From Octopus sinensis (taxonomy: Eukaryota): DNA of 64,000 nucleotides. Within the stretch, counting starts at the first letter, position 1; each line of letters starts with the position of its first letter. Of this stretch, positions 14,199-27,409 are shown piece by piece. The position numbers and the translations under genes are program-made. The stretch is taken from the NCBI RefSeq assembly GCF_006345805.1, contig NC_043020.1, positions 23,126,001 to 23,190,000 of the forward strand, given 5' to 3'. The notes under the pieces were generated by a model. The model was not told the DNA's origin. It searched no databases and saw only the letters and a program-made list of their open reading frames with translations.

Positions 14199-14299
14199 AT
14201 TTATACTGTAAAATTAGATTTAGGATTAAATCTAATTTTTCCCGGTAAGCTTTGATTTACTCTCAAATATCATTATTATACATACACACACACACACGC

Positions 14300-14336
<37 letters not shown>

Positions 14337-15009
14337 CACACACACACACACAATATTCTTATCTAAATCTTATTCCCCTTCAGACATTTACGTATTATGC
14401 GATTACATTTTATAAAAATAAAATCTGTTTCATTGTTGCTAAATCGTATATTTAGATATCCTTCGTTATATACTTGTATGGACGCTTGTTTAATTTTCCT
14501 GCCTTAAGAAATCCGAAGAATACTGAAACAGCATCATATATCTTTTTCAAATATTTGTTAATTTTTTTTTTCAAGATTACACTGTAACTTTTTCATTAAC
14601 TTCTATGAGAAGATTATCTTAGTGTTTTTTTTTTTTGATTTTACGAAAAAAATGCGATGCGTTTTGACATGAACAATTTGACGGTACTTTTTCAACATTT
14701 ACGATAAAATAAGTATCGATTCTTACATTGGAATGGTATTTCGTTTTTTTGCAGATGATTTTACACCATAGCAGTTAAAAATTTATATCGATTTTACTCT
14801 TTTAAAATGAGCCTAGATGAGACCCATAATAGACACGGCAAACTGTATGAATTCAAAAATGGCTCTTCAACTATTGAAGCAGTATGAAATATTCCTTAAA
14901 AGTTTAAATCTAAGTCAAATTATGACAGTATATTATCTACATATTTTAGTAAAAATATAAGTATATATATATTTATAGGGTCATATCATCATGTTGATCA
15001 GTTAATTCC

Positions 15010-15195
15010 AATTTTTGTCCCCGTTGTTTTTTCTCGCTTCAGTTACTTTTCTTCTCATCCCTTTCTGTCGAAGAGCGTAGTCTTGAAGCGTCAAAGACTT
15101 TTCCATTCTTCCCGAGCATCAAGCTAATACATCTGCTAGTTGTGCCCCGTCACCTGTATTCGTCTCTTTTGTTTTCTGTAAATTTGAACCATATA
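15010..15195 (+). mobile_element. HHR family 1, decayed copy
   Basis: CTTT CTGTCGA A GAGC gtag TCTT GAAGC GTC AAAG at 15061-15096. Confidence 0.6.
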
Positions 15196-15231
15196 TAGAT
15201 ATATACACAGAGACGCGGGTGTCAGTGTTTG

Positions 15232-15361
15232 GGTTCCGGGTTGAGTCCCACTGCGTGTGGGATTTTGGGCAAGCAATTTCTACTATGGCGTCAGGCTAAC
15301 CAAATCCTTGTAAATGGACTTCATAAACCGAAACTGAAAGAAGGCTGTGGTGTACATGTGT

Positions 15362-15403
<42 letters not shown>

Positions 15404-15495
15404 GTGTGCGTGTGTGCTCATGCGTGTTTCATGAGGAACCTTTGTGCCCCAGCATGGTCGCAGTTCAGTGACTGAAGTAAATAAACGATAAAGGT
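15232..15495 (+). mobile_element. Decayed SINE family A
   Basis: GGTTCCGGGTTGAGTCCCACTGCG...GCCCCAGCATGGTCGCAG. Confidence 0.65.
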
Positions 15496-16069
15496 AAAAG
15501 ATAATCTTATAAAGGTATATTATTTCGATATATTTTAGAATCCCGCTGGAAATACACCGTATGTTGTGATTTGCTAACACCGAGGCTTCGTAGGTATCTG
15601 CGTGAAATGAAATTCTAAGATACGAATTCCTCATTCTCGAATTCCTTTCGGTGCAAAAAGCACATCGTATTGCGGTGATACGATAATTCTGGTGTTTCGA
15701 TTTACGCTTTCTCGCAGGAGAAAAACGGATGTCTTACGTATATCGTGGCACTCGTAGAATTCTGGAATGCCAGGATTCTTGTTTCTCCGCCATGTAAGAA
15801 TTTAAACAAAACTACTGAACCATTTTTGCTGTCAAAGACGATCAGAAATCTCCTCAAACCAAGAAGAGGGTCTCTATGTTGTCCCCTTTTAAAACCTCTT
15901 TTCATTTACTTTGTTTTAGTCATTGTACTACGGCCATGCTGGGGCACGGCCTTGAATGATTGAGTCCAGTGTTTTTCAACCGGGGCCCATATGGCTTCTG
16001 AGGGTCCATATCAGATTTTATTGCCGACTGAAACTGCGCTTGCGCGGTAGATTTGGAAAATTATAATAT

Positions 16070-16550
16070 ATAAGGATGAGACACGTGTTGTTTTGTCTCA
16101 TAATTATATGTTAAAGTTTGGCGTACCCGCTGATGAGAACTTCGCCGAGCAAAGTATTTTATTTGCTAATTAAAGTTCAAAACCTAGGTCTGACTGTAAA
16201 ACATGCTTAATGTTTTTATATTTCATTCCCTTCAAAATTGCTCTTAACCGTGGTTTGGACTTTTGACTGTTCCTTCTAGCATGTAAGGCGACCTATTTAA
16301 ATGCACACTAATTTTATATGGAAAATATGTTCTGTTGACTATTTATATATGCTTGGCTACTGGTATAAAAATTTCTATAATTTTCCTAACCTATATTATA
16401 TATATATATATAAAATTTATAAGTTGGAATTTATATTTTATATTTTTTAAATTTATATTTTATATTTTTTTAATTAATTTTATTCTATGTATTGGCTTAT
16501 GATTTTCACTGTTTGATTTACCTAATAGTGGTTTTATCTCTAATTTAATA
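16070..16550 (+). mobile_element. pLTR-like element family 3 with decayed HHR
   Basis: Homologous to the minus strand of 52460-52790; ends in ...TAATAGTGGTTTTATCTCTAATTT followed by (TA)n. Confidence 0.6.
16126..16194 (+). ncRNA. Decayed hammerhead ribozyme (G12-to-A)
   Basis: CTGATGA GAACTT cgccg AGCAAA..TTTGCT aatta AAGTTC AAA ACCTAGGT C^; stem I poor. Confidence 0.55.
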
Positions 16551-16568
16551 TTATATATATATATATAT

Positions 16569-16644
<76 letters not shown>

Positions 16645-16793
16645 GTGTATGTTGTGAGTTCTACACAGATTCCGTCTACCTATTTACTTACAAGGTGTTG
16701 ATCAGCTTGAGGCTGAAGCGAAAGACAATCAAAGTGACGCACAGTGGGACTAAACCCATAATTATCTGACTGCAATCTCTCTTTCTCTCTCTC

Positions 16794-16991
16794 TTTTACT
16801 TGTTTTAGCCATTTGACTGCGGCCATGCTGGAGCACCGCCTTTAGTCGAGCAAATCGACCCCGGGACTTATTCTTTGTAAGCCCAGTACGTATTCTATCG
16901 GTCTCTTTTGCCGAACCGCTAAGTTACGGGGACATAAACACACCAGCATCGTTTGTCAAGCAATGCTAGGGGGACAAACACAGATATATAA

Positions 16992-17030
<39 letters not shown>

Positions 17031-17206
17031 CATACATATAAACGATGGGCTTCTTTCAGTTTCTGTCTACCAAATCCAGTCACAAGGTTTTGGTCGGCCC
17101 GAGGCTATAGTGGAAAACACTTGCCCAAGATGCCACGCAGTGGGACTGAACCCAGAGCCATGTGGTTGGTAAGCAAGCTATTTACAACACAGCTACCTCT
17201 GCGTCT
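16794..17206 (-). mobile_element. SINE family A, full length
   Basis: Same architecture as the other copies. Confidence 0.9.
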
Positions 17207-17601
17207 CTGTTAATTTCTTAAATCACAACAGACGAATTTCCCTTAAAACACCCTCGATAGTCTTTTAAAGAATATGCTACGTAAGATAGCGTGTTCGTGT
17301 ATTACGCGCACATTGGAAAAATACTTGGCGTGTTCACAACTGCAAACGTCTTCGATTATAAACCTGATCGGGGATTATGGCTGACCGGGTGTTAAACGTC
17401 AACAGCAATAACAGCTAATTTACTTAGTGATTTGTTTCTGTATGTTAATTTTGTTTATTCCAAATGAAAGGTGTGACTAGTGACGCCATGTTCTAGTCAC
17501 AACCTTTCGAAGTTAATGAGATTTAACATGTCATGAATCAGTGGTAATCAGCGTAAGAACGTTCATTAAACAGCAGTAATCTGGGATATTTGTTTATGAG
17601 T

Positions 17602-17641
<40 letters not shown>

Positions 17642-17807
17642 TGTGTGTGTGTGTGTGGAGAAGCAAAGCTGTACTGGATATTAAGCAAGTGTTCCTTAAT
17701 CCTTTTAGAGAGAAAATGAGAGGGAAAGAAATATACAAAGAAAGGGATTAAACGTATTAAGAACGAATGGTGGAGAGTTGGAGAGAAGCTAATAGGATTT
17801 ATGCGGA

Positions 17808-18181
17808 ACTAGCAGTATTGCCCGGCGTTGGTCCGGTTTGTTTGAAATTTTTGAGAAGTAAGTTTTGCATTAGGTAGCTTGTTATTCCCTTTAAGTGAAC
17901 ATTTTTCTGGTCGAAATTCACCGAAAAATAGCGACACAGCAGTCAAAAAATCGTAAAAAATAGTGATTTTCATAGAAAAAACCCCACCTTTTTGATGTAA
18001 ATAATTTTAGTGTTAACATGGTCCGATTTGAATTTTTTCTTTTACGGAAGAAAGAGCAAGCCTTCTTCTATCATACTCTCAATTTTGATCAACTTGCGCC
18101 GCAGGGTCTCGGAGGAGATAGTGTTAGTTGAAGGCTACCAAACCTGCCATACACAGACAACTTCAGCTTTATATATTTAGA
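17808..18181 (-). mobile_element. Non-autonomous Helitron
   Basis: Minus strand starts TCTAAATATATAAAGCTGAAGTTG and ends CCGGACCAACGCCGGGCAATACTGCTAGT; termini resemble 33196-33493. Confidence 0.7.
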
Positions 18182-18715
18182 TTAGAAAGACATTGATTTA
18201 TTCTGCGTTTACGCTTTTACTCTTTTACTTGTTTCAGCCATTTCACTGCGGTCATGCTGGAGCACCGTCTCCAAGGGCTTTTAGTCGAACAAATCGACCC
18301 CATGATTTAGTTTTTGAGTCTAGTACTTATTCTCTTAGCCTCTTTCGTCGAACTGCTAAGTTACGTGGACGTAAACACACTAATACCGATTGTCAAACGG
18401 TGATGGTTTGTAACACTGAGCAAAAAAGGTCAAAATCTGAATTTGGTTGGGATTTGAACTCTGAACGAAAAGGAAGATAACCACATACCGCATTGTATTT
18501 TGTTTGACACTCTACTGATTCTAACATCCACCCGACAAGTTGTTTGTGGTGTTATATATTTGGTTAGGTCCTCAATTTCCATCTCTTCTCCAAACTGGCA
18601 AGCCATACTTAGCCCATTCTGCTTCGAGTCTCTCTATGCTATCGAGTACCTAATGACCACCCTCTCCATACATACATACATGCGTCATCTAGCCATTAAT
18701 GTCTTCTTTCTTATA

Positions 18716-19610
18716 AGGCAGCGAGCTGGCAGAAAGGTTAGCACGCCGGGCGAAATGCTTAGATAAGCATTTCGCCCGTCTTTACGTTCTGAGTTCAAAT
18801 TCCACCAAGGTCAACTTTGCTTTTCATTCCTTTCGGGGTCGATAAATTAAGTACCAGTTAGGCACCGGGGTCGTTGTAATCGACTTAATCCCTTTGTCTG
18901 TCCTTGTTTGTCCCTTCTATGTTTAGCCCCTTGTGGGCAATAGAGAAATAAGAAACGTTAGCACGTCGGGCGAAATGCTTAGCGGTATTTCGTCTGTATT
19001 TACGTTCTGAGTCTAAATTCCGCCGAAGTCGACTTTGCCTTTCATCCCTTTCGGGGTCGATAAATTAAATACCAGTTGCGTACTGGGTCAATCTAATCGA
19101 CTGGTCCCATCCCCCAAAATTTCGGACCTTGTGCCTAGAGTAATAAAGAATTTTATTCCCTATTAATATTTGGTACATATAATAAGGCGGCGAGCTGGAA
19201 GAATCGTTAGCACGCCGGGTGAAATGCGTAGCCGTATTTCGTCTGCCGTTACGTTCTGAGTTCAAATTCTGTCGAGGTCGACTTTGCCTTTCATCCTTTC
19301 GGAGTCGATTAAGTAAGTACCAGTTACGCACTGGAGTCGATATATAATCGACTTAATCCGTTTGTCTGTCCTTTTTTGTCCTCTCTGTGTTTAGCTCCTT
19401 GTGGGCAATAAAGAAATAAGAAACGTTAGCACGTCAGGCGAAATGCTTAGCGGTATTTCGTCTGTCTTTACGTTCTGATTTCAAATTCCGCCGAGGTCTT
19501 TCATCCCTTTCGGGGTCGATAAATTAAGTACCAGTTGCGTACTGGAGTCGATCTAAGCGACTGGCCCCTCCCACAAGATTTCTGCCCTTGTGCTTAGAAC
19601 AGAAAAGAAA
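18716..19610 (+). mobile_element. Two multimeric SINE family B elements
   Basis: Body units rejoined at AAAGAAATAAGAAACGTTAGCACG. Confidence 0.85.
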
Positions 19611-20344
19611 TTTTCTATTTGTAATTCTTCTCCATCTCCTATCGTTAACGTATCAGCATTTCAACTTTTTGTTGTCTTTCTTTTATCTAATTTTTTAATC
19701 TACGCGTGCTAATTCACTTAACTTGTAGTGGAAAGTATTATATCTATATACTGTACCTGATATAGAATATATTGCAACGATACGTTTTACATCGGCAGAT
19801 AAAGAATCAATTTGATATCTAGGATGTAACTTTTAGAATTTAATTAAGTTTTCTTAATCAATAATTAATGTAAATTTCCAATATATATTCCAACCTGAAC
19901 ATTTCTTGCATTTGAAAACGTATTTTCTATCCATGTCATTAATTCCAGAATATTTTTAAATTTCCTCTTTTATTTCTTATTCTTATCTCTTCCATTTTAT
20001 ATAAAACAATTTCTTCTTGGACTCCATGAATATTCCATACTTCAAGTTGTCTTAAATACATTTTTTGTTAGGTTATCTTTATTCATTGAATTCTTTACAT
20101 CTCCAACGAAATTGTGACAACTTGTTTATCATCTCAAGAACACACAGAATTTAATGATAATTACATTAAAAAATAATAATTTATAATTTTAGAAGGAAAA
20201 CTACCGATTCAAATGAAAGTTGTACTGGATTAAATAATAGTTTTATATTTTGGCGCACAGACAGCAGTTTTTGAGAAGAAGGAAAAATCGATTAATTAGA
20301 TCCCAGTACTTGACTGGTACTTATATCGATTCCGAAAAGGTGAA

Positions 20345-20725
20345 GGGCAACGTCGATGTCAACAGAATTTGAATCCAGAAAATAAAGACGGACGAAATGT
20401 CGCTAAGTATTTTATTCGGCGTGCTAACGGCTCTGCCAGCTCGCCTCCTTGACGAAGTCGACCGCGGCGGAATTTGAACTCAGAACTTGAAGACGGACAG
20501 AATGCTGCTAAGCATTTTATGCGACGTGCTAACGTTTCTGCAAGGTCACGACCTTGACGAAGTCGACCTTGGCAGAATTTAGATCCAGAACAGAAAGACG
20601 GACGAAACGTTACTAAACATTTTGTCCGTTGGGCTAACGCTTCTACCAGCTCGTCATCTTCACGAAGTCGACTCCGGCGGGATTTGAACTCAGAGGACGC
20701 AAAGACGGGCAAAATGTGCCTGGGT
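20345..20725 (-). repeat. 105-bp-period tandem array of SINE B heads
   Basis: GAAGTCGAC recurs at ~20454, ~20559 and ~20664, with a diverged copy at ~20350. Confidence 0.8.
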
Positions 20726-20789
20726 ATTCTGTCCTGTGTGTCGACGGTCCGGCCAGATTGTCATCTTTATACTGGGTTAAATAATCCTT

Positions 20790-21165
20790 TTCTACTCCAT
20801 GAACATTTTTGGGGAAGGAGATAGTCGATTGCATCGACCTCAGTACACAACTGGTACTTAATTTATCGCTCCTGAAAGGATGAAAGAAAAAGACGACCTC
20901 GGTGGAATTTGAACTCAGAACGTAGCGGCAGACGAAATACCTATTTATTTACTACCCACAAGAGGCTAAACACAGAGGAGACAAACAAAGACAGATAGAC
21001 GGATTAAGTCGATCCCAGCGCGCAACTGGTACTAAATTTATCGACCCCGAAAGGATGAAAGGCAAAGTCGACCTCGGCGGAATTTGAACTCAGAACGTAA
21101 CGGCAGACAAAATACGGCTACGCATTTCGCCCGGCGTGATAACGTTTCTGCCATCTCGCCGCCTT
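20790..21165 (-). mobile_element. SINE family B dimer
   Basis: Junction GGCAGACGAAATACCTATTT. Confidence 0.85.
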
Positions 21166-21648
21166 AATACTGAATTAAATAATACTCCCAGATATTTGTC
21201 CCGGCTCTTTACATTCACCTACAACACCACAGCAAACATCTCTGCGATTACCATATTCGTTGCGTTCGATGTGATAACTTAGAATGTATTCATTTATTCG
21301 TTAGAACGAAAAAAAAAATGCAAAGAAAAACAAACTATCTTACGTGTTTTTAGATCACAAATCTTATCTATTAGAATCTTTTGATTTGAATGAAAATATC
21401 TTCTTTGAATTCCTTCTATATTTTTCTTGGTGTTGTTTTCATGTGGTCATCCATCGAAGTAAAAAGTTATCAATGTTAGTTTTAAACACAGCGGTCTGTC
21501 CTTAGCATAAGAAGATTTAGGTATATTACTGGAAACGGGCGGTATTGTTAATCGAACTAAGAAGTGCTGGGTTCTGCGTGATAAATATATAAGAGTGCAC
21601 AACAAAACGATTGATGTAGATCTCACGCAAGTGCATATATATATATAT

Positions 21649-21693
<45 letters not shown>

Positions 21694-21998
21694 ATAAACA
21701 TATATGTATGTATATTTATATATATATATATATACACGCATATCTATCTATATAAATACATCCATACACACACACGCACACTCACCTCACACATTCATAC
21801 ACGCACACGCTCTCTCTTTCTCACACACAAATATATATATACTTGCACAAACATATACTGTTTTATATCCCTGTTAGTTTCGGATTGTCGAGTGGACAAG
21901 CTGAACAGGAGTGTCTAAAACAACAGCAACAACAACAAAACAATGATGATGATGATGATGATCATCATCATCACAATAATAAAATAATAATAATAATA

Positions 21999-22026
21999 AC
22001 TAGCTAGACCCGTGAAAAATTCACGG
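21999..22026 (-). mobile_element. Helitron-like 3' end
   Basis: Hairpin CCGTGAA ttt TTCACGG followed by CTAGCTAGT; 5' end not found. Confidence 0.45.
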
Positions 22027-23518
22027 AAAATATAAAAAATGTAAGCATCTGTAAAAAGTGTACCGGTACAATAAAAATGTTTGTATATAATGACCGTCTG
22101 TCTTTACGTTCTGAGTTCAAATTCTGCCGAGATCAACTTTGGTCTTCATCCTTTCGGGGTCGATAAATTAAGTATCAGTTGTGTGCTGGGGTCGATCTAA
22201 TCAACTGGTTCACTCCCCACAAAAATTTCAGGCCTAGAAAAATATATTGTGACAGTTACAGAATATAGAATGTAATGTGACACCAAGGACTATATAATCC
22301 AACCAAAATATCTCAGTTACACAAACGTAAACAGAATTACTAAGTAACCTAAAAATACATCGTACATATTCAAAGAACCTTAATGTACAAATTGAAATGC
22401 AAAAGAACGAAATAATAAATGGATTTATGAATGAAAGTTTGGCAATTGCGTTTATTTCCACCACGTGACACTTATTATTGCATACATGTTTTAACTAACT
22501 TAAACTATACACACACAAATACTTTCATAAATATGTCTCGAGTTGTAATTCAAAGAGGCCAGCCTTGTCATATTCTGTGTGAGATTGAATCTCGCTGAGA
22601 ACTACGTTAATGTTATGCAAGTCTGTGGAGTACTCAGCCATTTGTGAGTTAATTTTATCCTCCTGTGGTAATGAAAAGTGAAATTGACGTCCAATATTTG
22701 CTGTGTGTATGTATCTATGTATGAACGCTTCTTTGGATATCCCAACTCTTTATGGCTTAATGGGAGGTAACATGTCAGTTACATCGATGCTAGCACTTAA
22801 CTGGTGCTTTATTCATTGACCCCGAAAGAATGAAAGGCAAGTCAATTTTAACGGAATTTGAACTCAGGATGTAAAGAACCGGATGAAATGCCGCTAAAAC
22901 ATTTTATCCGAAGCGATAACGATTCTGCTAGCTAAAAAGAAGTAACGAATTTTGTCTAACTTGTATAACACCCGAATTTTATGAGAGTCCTCCATAAATT
23001 TAAAATCTCTTATAAGCAGAAAACCAGAACGAGGTTGAGTAAGAGATTACAGCCATTACTAATAAAAGTGATTAGCATTCGTGTAGAATGATTAAATTAT
23101 TGATGAAATCTCTTACGAATCGATATAGAGGCTCCCAGAAGACTTACCAAACCGGCACGACTGAATATGATTTATTAGACATGTTATATTTGATTTAATT
23201 AACAGAATAAGGCAGTCCGAACTTAATTAGATTAAATAACTAATCTCAAATCGCCTTTATTAAATGATAAGGTTGAGTAGTATATTAGATAGGATTAGAT
23301 CGGACAACCCAGTTATTTGTTATTGATATCGGTGGTGTATCTATAGAGACGATATTATCAATATCATATAATCGAATGGTTATATCTATGTTGTGTCTAT
23401 CGATCCTGCATTTCACTAAATGGTAGGCATGGCTCTCTCTCCCTCTCTCTTTACTTATATATATATATACGTTTAAATATTTGTTGTGCAAGATTTTTTA
23501 TGTCGTGTGTTGAAACAG

Positions 23519-23958
23519 ATATTGTTATATTTCGGAATGGTCATATTGCCAGTTTAGCCAATAAAAACACACGCACTATATATTTGGTGTTATTTTGCTT
23601 CAGTGATATTTATTTTTTACATTAATCTTAATCTTATTTCGGCCAAAGTTCTTTCGTCACACTCCTGTGACCGCATCAGTGGTCCTTTGTTTTCTTCTCA
23701 CTTACTTGTGTCTCTCCTTACTAACCGTCAGAATAGAAATACAAAATGGCTGACGGTTAGTAAGGAGAGACACAAGTATGTGAGAAGAAAACAAAGGACC
23801 ACTGATGCGGTCACAGGAGTGTGACGAAAGAACTTTGGCCGAAATAAGATTAAGATTAATGTAAAAAATAAATATCACTGAAGCAAAATAACACCAAATA
23901 TATAGTGCGTGTGTTTTTATTGGCTAAACTGGCAATATGACCATTCCGAAATATAACA

Positions 23959-23962
<4 letters not shown>
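23519..23962. repeat. Near-perfect 213-bp inverted repeat (18-nt loop) of element family 2
   Basis: Arms 23519-23731 and 23750-23962; one mismatch seen. Confidence 0.95.
23796..23840 (+). ncRNA. Hammerhead-like motif with A9-to-C core deviation
   Basis: GGaCCA CTGATGC G GTCAC aggagt GTGAC GAA AG aa CT T^TGGCC; mirrored at 23641-23685. Confidence 0.4.
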
Positions 23963-24018
<56 letters not shown>

Positions 24019-24221
24019 GAGTTAGAAGAAAACCACCTTTTATCAATTCAACAATGAAAAAACTAAATTATACTATATAGAAAAGGATCACATCCTATAG
24101 AAAAAAATTAAATATAAGATAAAAACATATACCAATGATTATGTAATGTACAAAATAATAAATAAAACCTATATAATTGGTAAAATGACTACACGTGTTT
24201 CTGTTGTGCTAAATTATATAA

Positions 24222-24288
<67 letters not shown>

Positions 24289-24578
24289 CAGCCATATACG
24301 CAAATGTGCGTGTATATGTACAGCATAGCCGAAAAGTAGGTTTACAGTTATCACATAGGCACTTTAAATTACTTCTAAAACAATTTATTACATTTAAATT
24401 TCTGTTTTACAAACTAAATAGGAAGCTTAACAAAATTAACTAAATTAGCCTAGAATAATGGTTTCATATTTTTTATAATTAAAATCTAAACAGTTAATAT
24501 ATGAATGCGAAAGAGATTGTTGAATAACTGTAAACCTACTTTTAAACCACTCTGCATACATATATATATATATATATG

Positions 24579-24910
24579 AAATTAGAAAAAATCCACCTTT
24601 TATCAATTCAAAATGAACAATTAAATTACACCATCTAGAAAATTACATATAATAGAAATATTAAAATTAAAATAACAATAAAATGTCAATGATTAAGTAA
24701 ATTGCAAAAAAATACTAATAAAAACGTATATAATTTGTATATTATTTTATTATTATTATTATTTTTTTATTATTATTCTTTTGCAATTTACTTAATCATT
24801 GACATTTTATTGTTATTTTAATTTGATTATTTCAATTATATGTAATTTTCTAGATGGTGCAATTTAATTGTTCATTTTGAATTGATAAAAGGTGTTTTTT
24901 TTTCTAATTT
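24579..24910. repeat. AT-rich inverted duplication
   Basis: AAATTAGAAAAAA..CACCTTTTATCAATTCAAAATGAACAATTAAATT and its reverse complement; ~140-bp arms. Confidence 0.85.
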
Positions 24911-25008
24911 TTTATATATACATTATATTGTGTGAAATTTGATTTAGTATTTCTAAATTGAATTTTTTTCCTTGTAAGTTTGGATTTTATTCCCTCAAAT
25001 AATAATAA

Positions 25009-25053
<45 letters not shown>

Positions 25054-25584
25054 TATTATATATATATATGTATATGTATATGTATATATTATAATTATTA
25101 GGAACATTACTTCCGATTACACAGGAAAAAGACATTCAAATTGGATGTACTAAAATGAACATTTCTCAATCTTTAATTCGTATATATAAAAGTAGTTTTA
25201 AAGGCAGAACCACCTTCAACTCAATCAACACTGAAAGATTTTATACCCGACCACTCCATAAAATCTTAAATCTTAAATCTTATACTAACTATATCTATTC
25301 TGAATCCTGTATTTTCCGTTTATAAGACCATATATATAGACGATAAGAAAATGGAGGAAATGGCTTTTTAGCACAGCAGATACACTTCTGTTGTTTTTCT
25401 TCCATTTTCTTATCGTCTATATAAACATTAAACTACGGTTTACCTCTTAAATTACCTGCTGCCGTATACCTTATAGCAAGGACCATACTTACTGAGGTAA
25501 TTACCAGGAGTGCCTCCGGATACTTCTATCCATTAGAGGGTATCACACATCTAACTTATACCTTACATAACACACACACACACA

Positions 25585-25656
<72 letters not shown>

Positions 25657-25936
25657 ACATATATAAATCCAAAACCAATTTTCTTATATTCCTATTTGTG
25701 TGGGAGTAAATCGTAAAACTTTTTCCTATGTATGTATGTATGTATCTAATCTATCTGTGTGCTTCTGTGTATACGCATAGGTATGTGTTTGTATATATTC
25801 AAATATTTAAGCATATGATGTATGCGTTTACGTGTATATATACGTCCAATAATACTATACTTGTACCGCGTCCTCGCGTTGTTGTGTTTTCTTTTTGTTT
25901 ATGTTTGGATTAACCATACATACATACATACATACA

Positions 25937-26008
<72 letters not shown>

Positions 26009-26182
26009 CCTTTTATTAAATCTGGAATGACATCACAAAAAGCTGTGTTGTTCTGTGATGTTTGTGTAGCTGTAATGAAAATAGCGTACTACGCTACCGT
26101 CAGTGTTGTAGTAGTATATTTTCCGCCTAGTTTTGCACTTATGTGCTTACTCGTATCTGTGTGTGTACACACACACACACAC

Positions 26183-26211
<29 letters not shown>

Positions 26212-26213
<2 letters not shown>

Positions 26214-26580
26214 GTGGTGATTGTCTACTCCTTATGCAGAGTTTGACCACCTCCTGTACCTACCCCTTAGAACCATCATGGAATCTGATGTGGCTTTTTA
26301 AACCAGACAATGTATTGAAAAGACACCCACATAGATTGTATATCCGATTTGGGTCACCAAGAGCTGCAGATAAATTTTGATCTTTGTGGATCTTGAAATT
26401 TCTTTTGAGGCCGCCGTTAGATTTGCAAACCTTCTGGCATACATAGCATTGAAAGGTGTGCACAAACATATAGGCAGAATAGATGGTGGATGTTCGTTTT
26501 CCATGGGTTCGCAAATGAGATTTGAACCCATCAATAGAAAGGTATATTCTATCAAAAACTGTGCACACAAAAAGGTCATA
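26212..26580 (-). mobile_element. Probable RTE-type LINE 3' fragment with three degenerate C2H2 zinc fingers
   Basis: ORF 26260-26568: ..FKSHLRTH, CYVCQKVCKSNGGLKRNFKIH, LCGCLFNTLSGLKSHIRFH; short 3'UTR then microsatellite. RTE origin is inference. Confidence 0.55.
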
Positions 26581-26644
26581 TATATATATATGTATATTTA
26601 TATATTAATTTTTATAATCTAGCCGTCCTTTCACACGGAATTTC

Positions 26645-27076
26645 GCAGACGAAATACCTATTTCTTTACTACCCACAAGGGGCTAAACATAGACAGGACA
26701 AACCAGGACAGACAAACGAACTAAGTTGATTATATTGACCCCACTGCGTAAATGGTATTTAATTTATCGACCCCGAAAGGATGAAAGGCAAAGTCGACCT
26801 CGGCGGAATTTGAACTCAGAACGTAGCGGCAGGCGAAATACCTATTTCTTTACTACCCACAAGGGGCTAAACACAGAGGGGACAAACAAGGACAGACAAA
26901 CGGAATAAGTCGATTACATCGACCCCCAGTGCGTAACTGATACTTAATTTATCGACCCCGAAAGGATGAAAGGCAAAGTCGACCACGGCGAAATTTGAAC
27001 TCAGAACGTAGCGGCAGACGAAATACCGATAAGCATTTCGCCCGGCGTGCTAACGTTTCTGCCAGCTCGCCGCCTT
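26645..27076 (-). mobile_element. SINE family B dimer
   Basis: Two ~185-bp body units plus one head. Confidence 0.9.
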
Positions 27077-27409
27077 GTTTATGGACTGTTTCCACGTAGG
27101 AGGAGCTATCAGATAACCTACGAAACAAAATTAATATTTCAATTAATATCGGTCACCGGGATAAAAAAAAATTACCAAAAGCAAACACAAAAGGAAAAAG
27201 AATAAAAGCAGATAAAACATCGAAAGATTCGTTACTCATTCATCAGCTAAATCTTTGTCAGAAGATAACAGCGTATGCTTTTTCTTCAATCATTGCTATT
27301 ACAATTATCGTAGAACCAAGAGTAATCATTGAATATTTAAAGAAATCTAGTTTGAATATGAAAATGAATCTGATGTAATGGAATAATCGTTAAATTTAAA
27401 ACATTTATC

